A stretch of 64,000 bases of DNA from Nannocystis bainbridge (GCF_028368995.1 NZ_JAQNDL010000001.1:3840001-3904000); one strand, 5' to 3'; positions 10,441-19,008 are shown, counted from the stretch's first letter. A program made the numbers and translations. Notes: a model not told the origin generated them from the sequence alone.

Positions 10441-12561
10441 ATGGCGTACCTCCTTCACAGCCCGCTCTGCCTGCTCATCGCGCAACTCGTCGTCATCATC
10501 ATCACGGCGCGCCTCCTCGGCCTCGCGGCGCGGAAGATCCACCAGCCGCTGGTGATCGCCGAGGTCGTCGCCGGCATCCTGCTCGGGCCCTCGCTGCTCG
10601 GCGCGGTCGCGCCCGACGTCAAGGCCGCGCTGTTCCCCACGGCCTCGCTCGGCATCCTCGGCATGCTCAGCCAGGTCGGCCTGCTGCTCTTCATGTTCCT
10701 GGTCGGCCTCGAGATGGACCTCGGCCTGCTGCGCGGGCGCGGCCGCGCCTCGGTGCTCATCAGCCACACCAGCATCGTCGCCCCGTTCGCGCTCGGCACC
10801 GTGCTGGCGCTCTACATCTACCCGACGCTCATGCCCGAGGGCGTCGCGTTCTCGTCGTTCACCCTGTTCATGGGCGTGGCGATGAGCATCACCGCCTTCC
10901 CGGTGCTGGCGCGCATCCTCACCGAACGCCGCCTGCTCCGCACCAAGGTCGGCGCCGTCACCATCACCTGCGCCGCCGTCGACGACGTGACCGCGTGGTG
11001 CATCCTCGCCTTCGTCGTCTCGATCGTCCGGGCCACCGCGCTGACCGAGGCCGTCGTCACCACCGTCCTCGCCGTCGCCTACACCGTCGGCATGCTGACG
11101 GTCGTGCGGCCGTTCCTGGCCCGCCTGGCCGCGCGCGGCACCGGCCGCGAGGGCCTGACGCAGAACGTCGTCGCCTTCACCTTCGTGCTGCTGTTCCTGT
11201 CGGCCTGGGCGACCGAGCTGATCGGCATCCACGCGCTGTTCGGCGCCTTTTTGATGGGCGCGATCATCCCGCGCGAGGGCGGCTTCGCCCGCGTGCTGGC
11301 GGAGAAGCTCGAGGACATCGTCGTCATCGTCCTGCTGCCGACCTTCTTCGCGCTCAGCGGCCTGCGCACCCACATCGGCCTGCTCAACACGCCCGAGGCG
11401 TGGGTCCAGTGCCTGCTCATCATCGTCGTCGCCTGCCTCGGCAAGTTCGGCGGCAGCTACGTGGCCGCCCGCTGGACCGGCCTCGGCTGGCGCGAGTCGA
11501 CGGCGCTCGGCATCCTGATGAACACCCGCGGGTTGATGGAGCTGATCGTCCTCAACATCGGCCTCGACCTCGGGGTGATCTCTCCGACGCTGTTCACGAT
11601 GATGGTCATCATGGCGCTGGTCACGACCTTCATGACGACGCCGATCTTGCAGCTGGTGTACCCGCCGGAGCTGCTGGCCCAGGAGCTGGTCGAGCCGCCG
11701 CCGACCGACATGCGCGCGACCTTGCCCGAGGGCTTCAGCGTCCTGATGTGCGTCGCCTTCGACCGCTCCGGCCCCGGCATGGCCCAGATCGCCGGCGCCC
11801 TGGTCGGCAAGCAGAACCCCGCCGATCGCCTCTACGGCTTGCAGCTGCACCGACCGGCCGAGCGCACCTCGACCCTGGTCGAGGGCGGCGACGACCTCGA
11901 GAGCCCCAGCGCGCTCGACCCGCTGCTCGCGCGCGGCCGCGACCACGGGCTCAACGTGCGGCCGATGTCGTTCGTCTCCGGCGAGCCGGCGCACGACATC
12001 TGCAGCGTCGCCGAGGTCAAGGACGTCGACCTGATCCTGCTCGGCTGGCACAAGACCCTGTTCGGTCAGGCCCTGCTCGGCGGCATGGTGCACGACGTCA
12101 TGAAGGACGCGCCGGCCGACGTCGCCGTGCTCGTCAGCCGCGACCTCGGGGCGGTGCGCCGGGTCCTGGTCCCGTTCTGCGGCTCGCTGCACGACGAGGT
12201 CGCGGTCCGCCTGGCGCGGCGCATGGCCTTCGCCATCGGCGCCGAGATCACGATCCTCCGCATCCGCGTGCGCGACGCCAACGCCCCGCGCGTCGACGCC
12301 TTCCTCGCCGACATGGCCGCCGACCGCGTCACCGTGGTCGAGGCCGACGACGACGGCAACAGCGCGGTCGACCTGGTGGTCAAGGCCGCCGCGGGCCAGG
12401 ACCTCGTCATTCTCGGCGCCACCCCGCTGTCGGCCGACGAGATCATGACGCGCTGCCCGACCTCGTTCCTGGTCGTGCATCACCGCGAGCGGCCCCAGAC
12501 CGCCGCGCGGCGCCCCCGGCCGCTCACCGAACCGCAGGCCGGGGCCGTCGCGAACGGCTAG
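10441..12561 (+). CDS. Cation/H+ antiporter (CPA2, CHX/Kha1-like) with C-terminal USP-like domains
   Basis: About 12 TM helices; AGILLGPS, SITAFPVLARIL, AAVDDV, MNTRGLMELIVLNIG motifs; USP-like VDLILLGWH. Confidence 0.93.
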   Translation: MAYLLHSPLCLLIAQLVVIIITARLLGLAARKIHQPLVIAEVVAGILLGPSLLGAVAPDVKAALFPTASLGILGMLSQVGLLLFMFLVGLEMDLGLLRGRGRASVLISHTSIVAPFALGTVLALYIYPTLMPEGVAFSSFTLFMGVAMSITAFPVLARILTERRLLRTKVGAVTITCAAVDDVTAWCILAFVVSIVRATALTEAVVTTVLAVAYTVGMLTVVRPFLARLAARGTGREGLTQNVVAFTFVLLFLSAWATELIGIHALFGAFLMGAIIPREGGFARVLAEKLEDIVVIVLLPTFFALSGLRTHIGLLNTPEAWVQCLLIIVVACLGKFGGSYVAARWTGLGWRESTALGILMNTRGLMELIVLNIGLDLGVISPTLFTMMVIMALVTTFMTTPILQLVYPPELLAQELVEPPPTDMRATLPEGFSVLMCVAFDRSGPGMAQIAGALVGKQNPADRLYGLQLHRPAERTSTLVEGGDDLESPSALDPLLARGRDHGLNVRPMSFVSGEPAHDICSVAEVKDVDLILLGWHKTLFGQALLGGMVHDVMKDAPADVAVLVSRDLGAVRRVLVPFCGSLHDEVAVRLARRMAFAIGAEITILRIRVRDANAPRVDAFLADMAADRVTVVEADDDGNSAVDLVVKAAAGQDLVILGATPLSADEIMTRCPTSFLVVHHRERPQTAARRPRPLTEPQAGAVANG

Positions 12562-12582
12562 GCATCACCCCGCGAGCCACCC

Positions 12583-13395
12583 ATGCACTTCGGCGCCACC
12601 CTCCGCCTCCTCCGCGTCGACGCCGGCGTCAGCCTCCGCGCCCTCGCGCAGAAGATCGGCGTCTCGAGCGCGTACCTCAGCCGGGTCGAGAACGGCCACG
12701 ATCAGGCCCCCACGCCCGATCGCCTGCTGGCCATCGCCCGCGAGCTCGAGCTCCCGCCGACCCTCCTCATCGACCTGGCCCAGCGCGTCTCGCCGTTCGT
12801 CGCTCGCTACCTCGAGGATGTGCCCGCGGCCAACTCGCTGTTCCTCGAGATCGCGCGGCGCAAGCTCAACGCGGCCCAGCTCGCGCGCGTGCACGCCTTC
12901 CTCGAGGCCGAGTTCCCGGCCCGCAGCGTCGCTCGCTCGACCACCCCGCGCCTGCATCAGCTGCTCGCGCCGGAGCGGGTGATCCTCAAGCTGTCGTGCA
13001 GCTACCTCGGCGACGCCATCGACGTCGCCGCCGTGCGCCTCGCCGGCGCCGCCCCCGGCCTCAACGCCGCCGTCATCGCCGGCGAGATCCGCGAACGCGA
13101 GCGCGAATCGCCGACCGGCATCGGTCACGGCGTCGCCGTCCCTCACGCCCTCACCCCGGACATCCAGCCCGTCGCCGCGCTCGTCACCCTCGCCCGGCCG
13201 CTGCAGGTCGCCACGCCCGACGACATCCCGCTGCAGATGCTCCTCGTGATCCTCGGCGGCGGCAAAGCGCCGCTCGAGCTGCTGGCCCGCGCCGCCCGCC
13301 TCGCCACCCCCGAGACCGTCGCCGAGCTGTGCCAGGCGAGCTCGCCCGAGGCCGCGCTGGGGCGCGTGCGCAGCGTCGAGAGCGAGTTCGACTGA
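12583..13395 (+). CDS. XRE-type HTH regulator fused to a PTS EIIA (fructose/mannitol/Ntr type) domain
   Basis: FGATLRLLR...SLRALAQKIGVSSAYLSRVENG HTH; RERESPTGIGHGVAVPHA EIIA signature with the phospho-His retained. Confidence 0.9.
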   Translation: MHFGATLRLLRVDAGVSLRALAQKIGVSSAYLSRVENGHDQAPTPDRLLAIARELELPPTLLIDLAQRVSPFVARYLEDVPAANSLFLEIARRKLNAAQLARVHAFLEAEFPARSVARSTTPRLHQLLAPERVILKLSCSYLGDAIDVAAVRLAGAAPGLNAAVIAGEIRERERESPTGIGHGVAVPHALTPDIQPVAALVTLARPLQVATPDDIPLQMLLVILGGGKAPLELLARAARLATPETVAELCQASSPEAALGRVRSVESEFD

Positions 13396-13396
13396 C

Positions 13397-14050
13397 ATGC
13401 GGGCCGACGATCCGCCGGGAGACTTCGCGCGGGTCCGCGAGCTGCTTCAGGGCGCGCCCTTCACCTCGCGGCCGCGATCCGTCGTCACGACGATGCTGCG
13501 CGTCCTGTTCACCGGCGACACCGACACCGAGATCAGCGCGCGCGGGTTCACCGTCAGGTTCATCGGCGGCCGCACCCTGTCGTACGTCACCGAGCCGGCA
13601 GCGGCCACGCTGCACGTGCTGCTGAGCCGCGCGAACATCTGTCCTCGAGGACAGCCGCTCGCGTTCCGCCTCGCCGAGGAGGACGGCCACGCGCTGGTGG
13701 GCTTCGCCGACGCCGCGCGCTGGGTGTGGATCTTCCCTGGCGACGATCTGGTGCTGGTGTCGTTGCGCCGGCCGACATGCCCCGGACCGCCGCCCGCCGA
13801 TCTCCCGCCGCTGCCGCTGCCGACGCCGGTCAAGAAGCTCTACGCCCACCTGGCGCTGCCGCTGCCGTGCCCGTGTTGCGGTCGCTCTGCGACCGTCTAT
13901 CGCGCGGCCCCGGATGCGTGGATCTGCGGCGACCCGCGTTGCGGGCGATCGTTCAGCCCGCCGCAGCGGACCCGCGCGCTCGCGGAGCTGCGCGAGGACG
14001 CTGGCGTCGTCGTGCGCGAGTCGAGCGCCCGCCCGAAGATCTACCGCTGA
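13397..14050 (+). CDS. Hypothetical protein with C-terminal zinc-ribbon (CPCC...CGDPRC)
   Basis: 217-aa ORF 1 nt after the upstream stop; two Cys pairs near the C-terminus. Confidence 0.6.
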   Translation: MRADDPPGDFARVRELLQGAPFTSRPRSVVTTMLRVLFTGDTDTEISARGFTVRFIGGRTLSYVTEPAAATLHVLLSRANICPRGQPLAFRLAEEDGHALVGFADAARWVWIFPGDDLVLVSLRRPTCPGPPPADLPPLPLPTPVKKLYAHLALPLPCPCCGRSATVYRAAPDAWICGDPRCGRSFSPPQRTRALAELREDAGVVVRESSARPKIYR

Positions 14051-14060
14051 CGAAAAAGGC

Positions 14061-14190
14061 GGGTCGCGACGAAGTTCGAAGTGACATTTTACCACGCGCT
14101 CTACCAGGCTGAGCCACCGCCCCGAAGGGCGGGCTGGATTCGAACCAGCGACCTCGTGGTCCCTTGTAGTCACTTCGGCATTCGCGACCC
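14061..14190 (-). ncRNA. Y RNA (YrlA-like) unit 7, with permuted tRNA-like module
   Basis: Outer stem GGGTCGCGA/TCGCGACCC; CGAATG motif; T-arm GCTGG-TTCGAAT-CCAGC; acceptor-like stem CCGCCC-TTCG-GGGCGG; D-arm GCTC-AGCCTGGTA-GAGC; followed by GCCTTTTT. Confidence 0.88.
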
Positions 14191-14200
14191 TGAAGAAGGC

Positions 14201-14267
14201 AGCTGCGACGAGAAATCGGCGAGACGTGCGTCGTGAAAGGATGTAGTCCCGCCAAGCATTCGCAGCC
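14201..14267 (-). ncRNA. Short Y RNA unit 6 (no tRNA-like module)
   Basis: GGCTGCGAATGC...GGCGGGACTACA...GTCTCGCC...TCGCAGCT: same outer stems and motifs as the long units, closed by a short loop. Confidence 0.78.
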
Positions 14268-14277
14268 AAAGATAGGT

Positions 14278-14410
14278 GGACCTCGACGAAAGGTACGGAG
14301 ACATTCGTGCTCTACCGGGCTGAGCTACCGCCCCGTGGAGATGGAGCGGGTCGGATTCGAACCGACGACCTCGACATTAAAAATGTAGTCCCCGCGGGCA
14401 TTCGAGGCCC
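14278..14410 (-). ncRNA. Y RNA (YrlA-like) unit 5
   Basis: T-arm GTCGG-TTCGAAT-CCGAC; stem CCGCTCC-(ATCTCCAC)-GGGGCGG; D-arm GCTC-AGCCCGGTA-GAGC; CGAATGC and GACTACA motifs. Confidence 0.88.
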
Positions 14411-14437
14411 AAAACGGTATGTGTGCACAGAGAAGGT

Positions 14438-14572
14438 GGACCCCGACGAGGGTCGAAGAGACGTTTACGCGCTCTGCCGCTGAGCTACCGCCCCGTACGA
14501 GTGGAGCGGGCTGGATTCGAACCAGCGACCTCGATCCCTGGAAGATGTAGTCTCTCCGGGCATTCGGAGTCC
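14438..14572 (-). ncRNA. Y RNA (YrlA-like) unit 4
   Basis: T-arm GCTGG-TTCGAAT-CCAGC; stem CCGCTCC-(ACTCGTAC)-GGGGCGG; D-arm GCTC-AGCGGCA-GAGC. Confidence 0.88.
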
Positions 14573-14596
14573 AAAAGCCGGGTGTGAAGAAAAGGT

Positions 14597-14732
14597 GGGC
14601 CTCGACGAGGGATCGAAGAGACGAACTGCGGTCCGCTCTACCGCTGAGCTACCGCTCCATGGGTTCGGAGCGGGCCGGATTCGAACCGACGACCGTACCG
14701 TTAAAATGTAGTCCCCTCGGCATTCGGGGCCC
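14597..14732 (-). ncRNA. Y RNA (YrlA-like) unit 3
   Basis: T-arm GTCGG-TTCGAAT-CCGGC; stem CCGCTCC-(GAACCCAT)-GGAGCGG; D-arm GCTC-AGCGGTA-GAGC. Confidence 0.88.
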
Positions 14733-14755
14733 GAAATCGTCGGGCGTAAAAAGGT

Positions 14756-14881
14756 GGGCTTCGACCAGGTGTTGAAGAGACATACGGGCGTTCTACCCCT
14801 GAACCACCGACCCTCGCGGGCCGGGCCGGACTCGAACCGGCGTCCCCCTTTGGAATGTAGTCCCTTCGGCATTCGAAGCCC
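14756..14881 (-). ncRNA. Y RNA (YrlA-like) unit 2
   Basis: Outer stem GGGCTTCGA/TCGAAGCCC; T-arm GCCGG-TTCGAGT-CCGGC; stem CCGGCCC-GCGA-GGGTCGG; D-arm GTTC-AGGGGTA-GAAC. Confidence 0.86.
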
Positions 14882-14890
14882 GAAGAAGGC

Positions 14891-14955
14891 GGCTGCGACG
14901 AGGGTGGGCGAGACATCGTCAAACCAAGATGTAGTCCCGCCCTGCATTCGCAGCC
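14891..14955 (-). ncRNA. Short Y RNA unit 1 (no tRNA-like module)
   Basis: GGCTGCGA/TCGCAGCC outer stem, GGGCGGGAC/GTCTCGCCC inner stem, CGAATG motif; begins 14 nt after the rsr stop codon. Confidence 0.78.
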
Positions 14956-14969
14956 AAGGTTTCAGGCGT

Positions 14970-16523
14970 TCACAGCGTGACCGCCTCGATCGCGCGGACC
15001 CAGTGCTCGCCCGCGAGGCCGCCGCGCGCGAACGCGGCGATGAGTGAGAAGACGTCGTCCGAGAAGCCGCCGACGTTGAGGATGTCCTTTCGGTCAGGCG
15101 CCTGCGTGGTCGCCCCCGGCTGGATGTCGATGCAGACCAGCTTCGCCGCGGGGTTGCGGCCCTTGTAGGCCCGCCACTCCTCCATCACCTGGGTCCCGCG
15201 CCGGTACGTGTTGCGGGTGTCGATCCACGACTCGTTGTCCGACACGAAGATCACCAGGTCGCCCTTGGCCTTGCGGCGGTTCAGCTCCTGCAGGGGCGCC
15301 GCGCAGTTGGTCCCGCCGGACGGGAGCTTCGCCAGGCGCTGCGCGTTGGTGAGGACGCTGTCGTGGCCGTCGATCTTGCACGGCACGACCTTGTCGTGGA
15401 ACGGGATCACCTCGGTGTCACGGTTCTTGCGGAGGAACGCCGCCGCGACCAGGGCCGCCGCGTCGATGCACCGCACCGCCGAGGTCGCCCCCTTGCGGAA
15501 CCCCGTGGCCGGGGAGTGCATCGATCCCGAGACGTCGAGCAGGACATAGATCTGGCCCTCGACCTCGGGCACGTTGGTGAGCGCCGCCTCCATGGCGTCG
15601 TGGAGCGCGTCCCGGATCTTCTTCGGGATGGCGTCGTCGGCCTGCTTGTAGGCCATGAGCAGCTGGTACGGGAACACCCGCGCCTTCCGCACCTCGTCGG
15701 GCGACGCCAGCTTCTTGGCGAGCGCCTTGGTGAGCGTCGCGTCGTCGAAGACGCCGTGACGCAGGAAGGTGTTGAGGTTCATGCGCAGCATCTGCCAGCC
15801 GGCCCGGGCGGCGATGGCCCGCCACGCGCTCTCGCGCAGCGGCGTCCCGGTGAGCAGCTGGAACGGCACGTCCGGGACCTCGTCGGTGCGGCCGGCCTTG
15901 AAGTCCTCGAAGGCGCGCACGCACGCGGGCAGGGCCGCGGCGTCGTGCGGGCGGCCGAGCAGGTAGCCGTAGAGGGCCCGGCGGCCGTCGTTGGCCGGCT
16001 TGGGGTGGACCATCCGGACCACGTCCGTCAGCGACGGGTCGTTGCCGACCGAGTCACCGAGCACCTGCGCGTCGCTGCGGCGGTCGAGCCACCGCTGCAC
16101 CAGCCGCTTGGGCCGCGTCCCGAACGAACGCCGACCCGTCGCCCCCGACCGCACGATCTGCACGAAGTTGCGCAGCATCTTGCCGTTGTCGCACACCCGC
16201 CCGAACACCTTGTCGAGCATCAACCCGTTGCGGCTCGCCAGCTCCGCCAGGAGCAGCGCCGGCATGTCCTTCATGTGGCTGTGCTGCCGGGTGTACACGG
16301 CCGTCTTGGCGACGAACTCGGCGTCGACCTTGGCGACCAGCGCCTGCACCGCCTCGAGCTGCTTCTGACCGGACGCGTAGTAGGTGTTGTTGAGGCAACC
16401 GGTCGCGGCGTACTGAGCCAGCGCGTGCTTGTCGCTCAGGGCGTACGCCCGACCCCCTGCCTCGTTCACCGCGTCAGCGACGGGAGCGGCCTTGCGGGTG
16501 GTGAAGATCGAGAGGTTGACCAT
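14970..16523 (-). CDS. rsr: Ro60/TROVE-domain RNA-binding protein with C-terminal vWA domain
   Basis: NEAGGRAY, MKDMP, MLRMNLNTFLRHGVF, VFPYQLL TROVE motifs; vWA MIDAS LDVSGSM, GGT, FVSDNE; AAGGAG RBS before ATG at 16523. Confidence 0.95.
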   Translation of the reverse strand: MVNLSIFTTRKAAPVADAVNEAGGRAYALSDKHALAQYAATGCLNNTYYASGQKQLEAVQALVAKVDAEFVAKTAVYTRQHSHMKDMPALLLAELASRNGLMLDKVFGRVCDNGKMLRNFVQIVRSGATGRRSFGTRPKRLVQRWLDRRSDAQVLGDSVGNDPSLTDVVRMVHPKPANDGRRALYGYLLGRPHDAAALPACVRAFEDFKAGRTDEVPDVPFQLLTGTPLRESAWRAIAARAGWQMLRMNLNTFLRHGVFDDATLTKALAKKLASPDEVRKARVFPYQLLMAYKQADDAIPKKIRDALHDAMEAALTNVPEVEGQIYVLLDVSGSMHSPATGFRKGATSAVRCIDAAALVAAAFLRKNRDTEVIPFHDKVVPCKIDGHDSVLTNAQRLAKLPSGGTNCAAPLQELNRRKAKGDLVIFVSDNESWIDTRNTYRRGTQVMEEWRAYKGRNPAAKLVCIDIQPGATTQAPDRKDILNVGGFSDDVFSLIAAFARGGLAGEHWVRAIEAVTL

Positions 16524-16851
16524 GACGGGCTCCTTGTCAGACCCCTTGAGCAGGCATCGGACCGTGACCATGATGGCTTGCTGGATCTGCGTCATTCCGC
16601 GGAGTTGAATGGCTTTGCCCGGGGAAGAATGCAGCTTTGTTCTTATCCTTTGCTATCTACCGGTAGACGACCGTCGCGCGCGCGGATGAACACATGTCTC
16701 TTGGGTCACCTCGCATCGCACGCACGTCGACGCCTGCAGACCGCGGAGCACATGTCCTCCGAGACAGCCGGTCGCGCGTTGGGTTCTCGGATGTCCCTCG
16801 GGACAGGCCTGCGTCGCGCTACGCCTGACCTTCGAGACAGCTCGCGGAGCG

Positions 16852-17997
16852 TCAGCGCTTCGGCGCGTCGGGCTTGCCGTCGAGGTCGGGGCGGCCGTCG
16901 AACAGGTCACGGCCCACGGCGACCGCCCGGTGGATCATCGCGTTGAGCGAGCTCGAGCGGGCCAGGTCGGGGTGGCGGGCGCACACGTGGTCCACCACCT
17001 GCTCCACCTTCACCGCGCCGTCCTGCTTCAGCTCCTGCAGGATCGCCAGCAACATCCGCTCGCTGCGTTCGCGCTCGTCCTGCTCGCGGCGGCGCACCAC
17101 GATCGCACGGGCCAGCAGCAGCCCGAGGATCACGACGATGAGCGCGAGGATCCACGCGATCGTCTCGCCGACCTTCGCGCCCTTGCTGAGCGTGCCGTCG
17201 ATGCGGCCCCAGAAGCGCTCGCGGAATTTTTCGTATTGCGGGTCGGTCTCGACGCGGTCGAGGGCATCGACCGCGCCGAGCAGCGCCTCGCGGCTGACCT
17301 CGCGCGACACCTTGCCGGCCGCCGGCGCGAGCTCGGTGTTCAGCGCGTCGCGCAGCGCCGGCGCCAGGTCCTTCTCGATCGTGTGGCGCAGCGCCGGCCC
17401 GACGTTGTCCTCGACCACCCGCTGGATCGCCGGCCCGACGTTGCGCTCGAGCACCGTCTGCGTCGCCGGCCCCAGCTCGTCGCGCAGGCCCTCGCTCAGG
17501 GTCGTCAGCGTCCTGCGCGTCAGCGCCTCGGCCAGGTTCGCCGCGCCGCGCCGCGTCGCCGGTGACAGCGCCGCCTGGATCGCCTGCTCGACCGCGCGGC
17601 GGCTGGTCTCGACCACCGCGGGGCTCACGTCCTCGCGCAGCCCCTGGCCGACCGCCTTTGACAGGGCGCCGACGAAGTCCTCGCTGAACTGGCGGACCTT
17701 GGCCAGGCGCTGCGGTTCGGTCAGCCCGTCGAACGCCCCGGCCGCCACCTGCTCGGCCAGGTCGCGCGCCGCTTGCTGGACCTCGGGCAGGTCGAGCAGC
17801 CCCTCGATGCGCCGCTGCACCTTCGGGTCCTCGAGCGTCGTCAGCGTCTCGTCGATGCCGGCCGGCACCGCGCGGCGGATCATCCGCTCGGTGGCTGTCC
17901 CGCAGGACATGTCCCCAAGGACAAGTCCGAGCAGCAGCGCGGAGGCGCGCGGCCCGGCCGACCTGCGGCCACCTGCGCGCGCTCGCGGGACCATCAC
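16852..17997 (-). CDS. Hypothetical helical membrane protein or lipoprotein
   Basis: 381-aa ORF; hydrophobic N-terminal stretch ending in Cys; amphipathic helical repeats; one C-proximal TM helix. Confidence 0.7.
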   Translation of the reverse strand: MMVPRARAGGRRSAGPRASALLLGLVLGDMSCGTATERMIRRAVPAGIDETLTTLEDPKVQRRIEGLLDLPEVQQAARDLAEQVAAGAFDGLTEPQRLAKVRQFSEDFVGALSKAVGQGLREDVSPAVVETSRRAVEQAIQAALSPATRRGAANLAEALTRRTLTTLSEGLRDELGPATQTVLERNVGPAIQRVVEDNVGPALRHTIEKDLAPALRDALNTELAPAAGKVSREVSREALLGAVDALDRVETDPQYEKFRERFWGRIDGTLSKGAKVGETIAWILALIVVILGLLLARAIVVRRREQDERERSERMLLAILQELKQDGAVKVEQVVDHVCARHPDLARSSSLNAMIHRAVAVGRDLFDGRPDLDGKPDAPKR

Positions 17998-18093
17998 GAA
18001 AGGATAGGAGAGCTGCGCCCTGGCCGCCAGTTCATCGCCGGCTCGCCGCGCCGATGAACCGCCGTCGTCACCGCGGCGGCTGCTTCGGGTTCG

Positions 18094-19008
18094 TCAGCGG
18101 TTCGGCGCCGCGCCGCTGACGACCCGGTCGATCCCGGCCAGGTCGCGGCGGATCTCGACCGCCTCGTAGCCGCGCGCCAGCAGCAGCTCGCGGGTCGCCT
18201 CGGCCTGGCCGAGCCCGATCTCGAGGAACAGCCGGCCTTCGGGCACCAGCACCTCCGGCGCCGCGCACTGGTCGATGAGGCGTCGCACCAGATCGAGGCC
18301 GTCGCTACCGCCGTCGAGGGCGAGGCGGGGCTCGTAGTCGCGGACCTCGGGCTGGAGCTCGGCGATCTCGGGCGAGGCGATGTAGGGGAGGTTGGCGGCG
18401 ATCGCCGCGAAGCCGCCGGCGGGGATCGTCGGTCCGCGCAGGAGATCGCCGCGCACGAACTCGACCTGCAGGCCGAGGCTGCCCGCGTTTTCGCGCGCCA
18501 CCGCGAGCGCGTCGGGCGACACGTCGACCGCCGTGACCGCGACATCGCGGCGCGCGTGCTTGACCGCCAGCGCGATCGCCCCCGAGCCCGTGCCGACGTC
18601 GAGCACGTGCAGCGGGTACGGCGGCGGCGACGGCGGCAGCCGCTCGAGCAACCAGTCGACCAGCAGCTCCGTCTCCGGCCGCGGGATCAACACGCGCCGG
18701 TCGACCGCGAGCTCGAGCCCCAGCCCGTGGAAGCCGCGCTTGCCGGCGATGTACGCCACCGGCTCGCGCGCCAGGCGGCGGCGGATCAGCTCGCGCAGCG
18801 CGCCCCGCTGGGTGTCGTCGACCAGCGCGTCGTAGCGGAGGAAGATCTGCATGCGCGTGCACCCGAGCGCCTGCGCCACCAGGTGCTGCCCGTCGGCGCG
18901 GGCCTCGGCGAAGCCGGCGCGCTCGAACCGCTCGACGGTCCACTGCAGCACCTCCTGGACGGTCCAGAGCTGCTGGCGCGCGGGGCGGGGCGGGGACGCG
19001 GACGACAT
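18094..19008 (-). CDS. prmC: Release factor glutamine N5-methyltransferase (HemK)
   Basis: EPVAYIAG, VLIPRPETE, LDVGTGSGAIA, NLPY, EPRLALDGGSDGL. Confidence 0.96.
   Translation of the reverse strand: MSSASPPRPARQQLWTVQEVLQWTVERFERAGFAEARADGQHLVAQALGCTRMQIFLRYDALVDDTQRGALRELIRRRLAREPVAYIAGKRGFHGLGLELAVDRRVLIPRPETELLVDWLLERLPPSPPPYPLHVLDVGTGSGAIALAVKHARRDVAVTAVDVSPDALAVARENAGSLGLQVEFVRGDLLRGPTIPAGGFAAIAANLPYIASPEIAELQPEVRDYEPRLALDGGSDGLDLVRRLIDQCAAPEVLVPEGRLFLEIGLGQAEATRELLLARGYEAVEIRRDLAGIDRVVSGAAPNR

Noticed and set aside
14061-14955. Cluster of canonical tRNA genes
   Set aside because: T- and D-arm motifs are in permuted order, the acceptor stem is loop-closed, and there is no anticodon loop or encoded CCA end; this fits YrlA-type Y RNAs next to rsr
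14061-14955. CRISPR array
   Set aside because: Units are 65-136 nt, divergent and structured throughout, with no identical repeat/unique spacer pattern and no cas genes in the window
13184-15047. ORFs overlapping the RNA array (13184-14269, 14465-14947, 14701-14922, 14754-15047)
   Set aside because: Composition is not protein-like and they merely read through the structured RNA repeats
16553-16572. Sigma-54 promoter for rsr
   Set aside because: GG-to-GC spacing is 12 nt rather than the required 10, so it is not called as a feature
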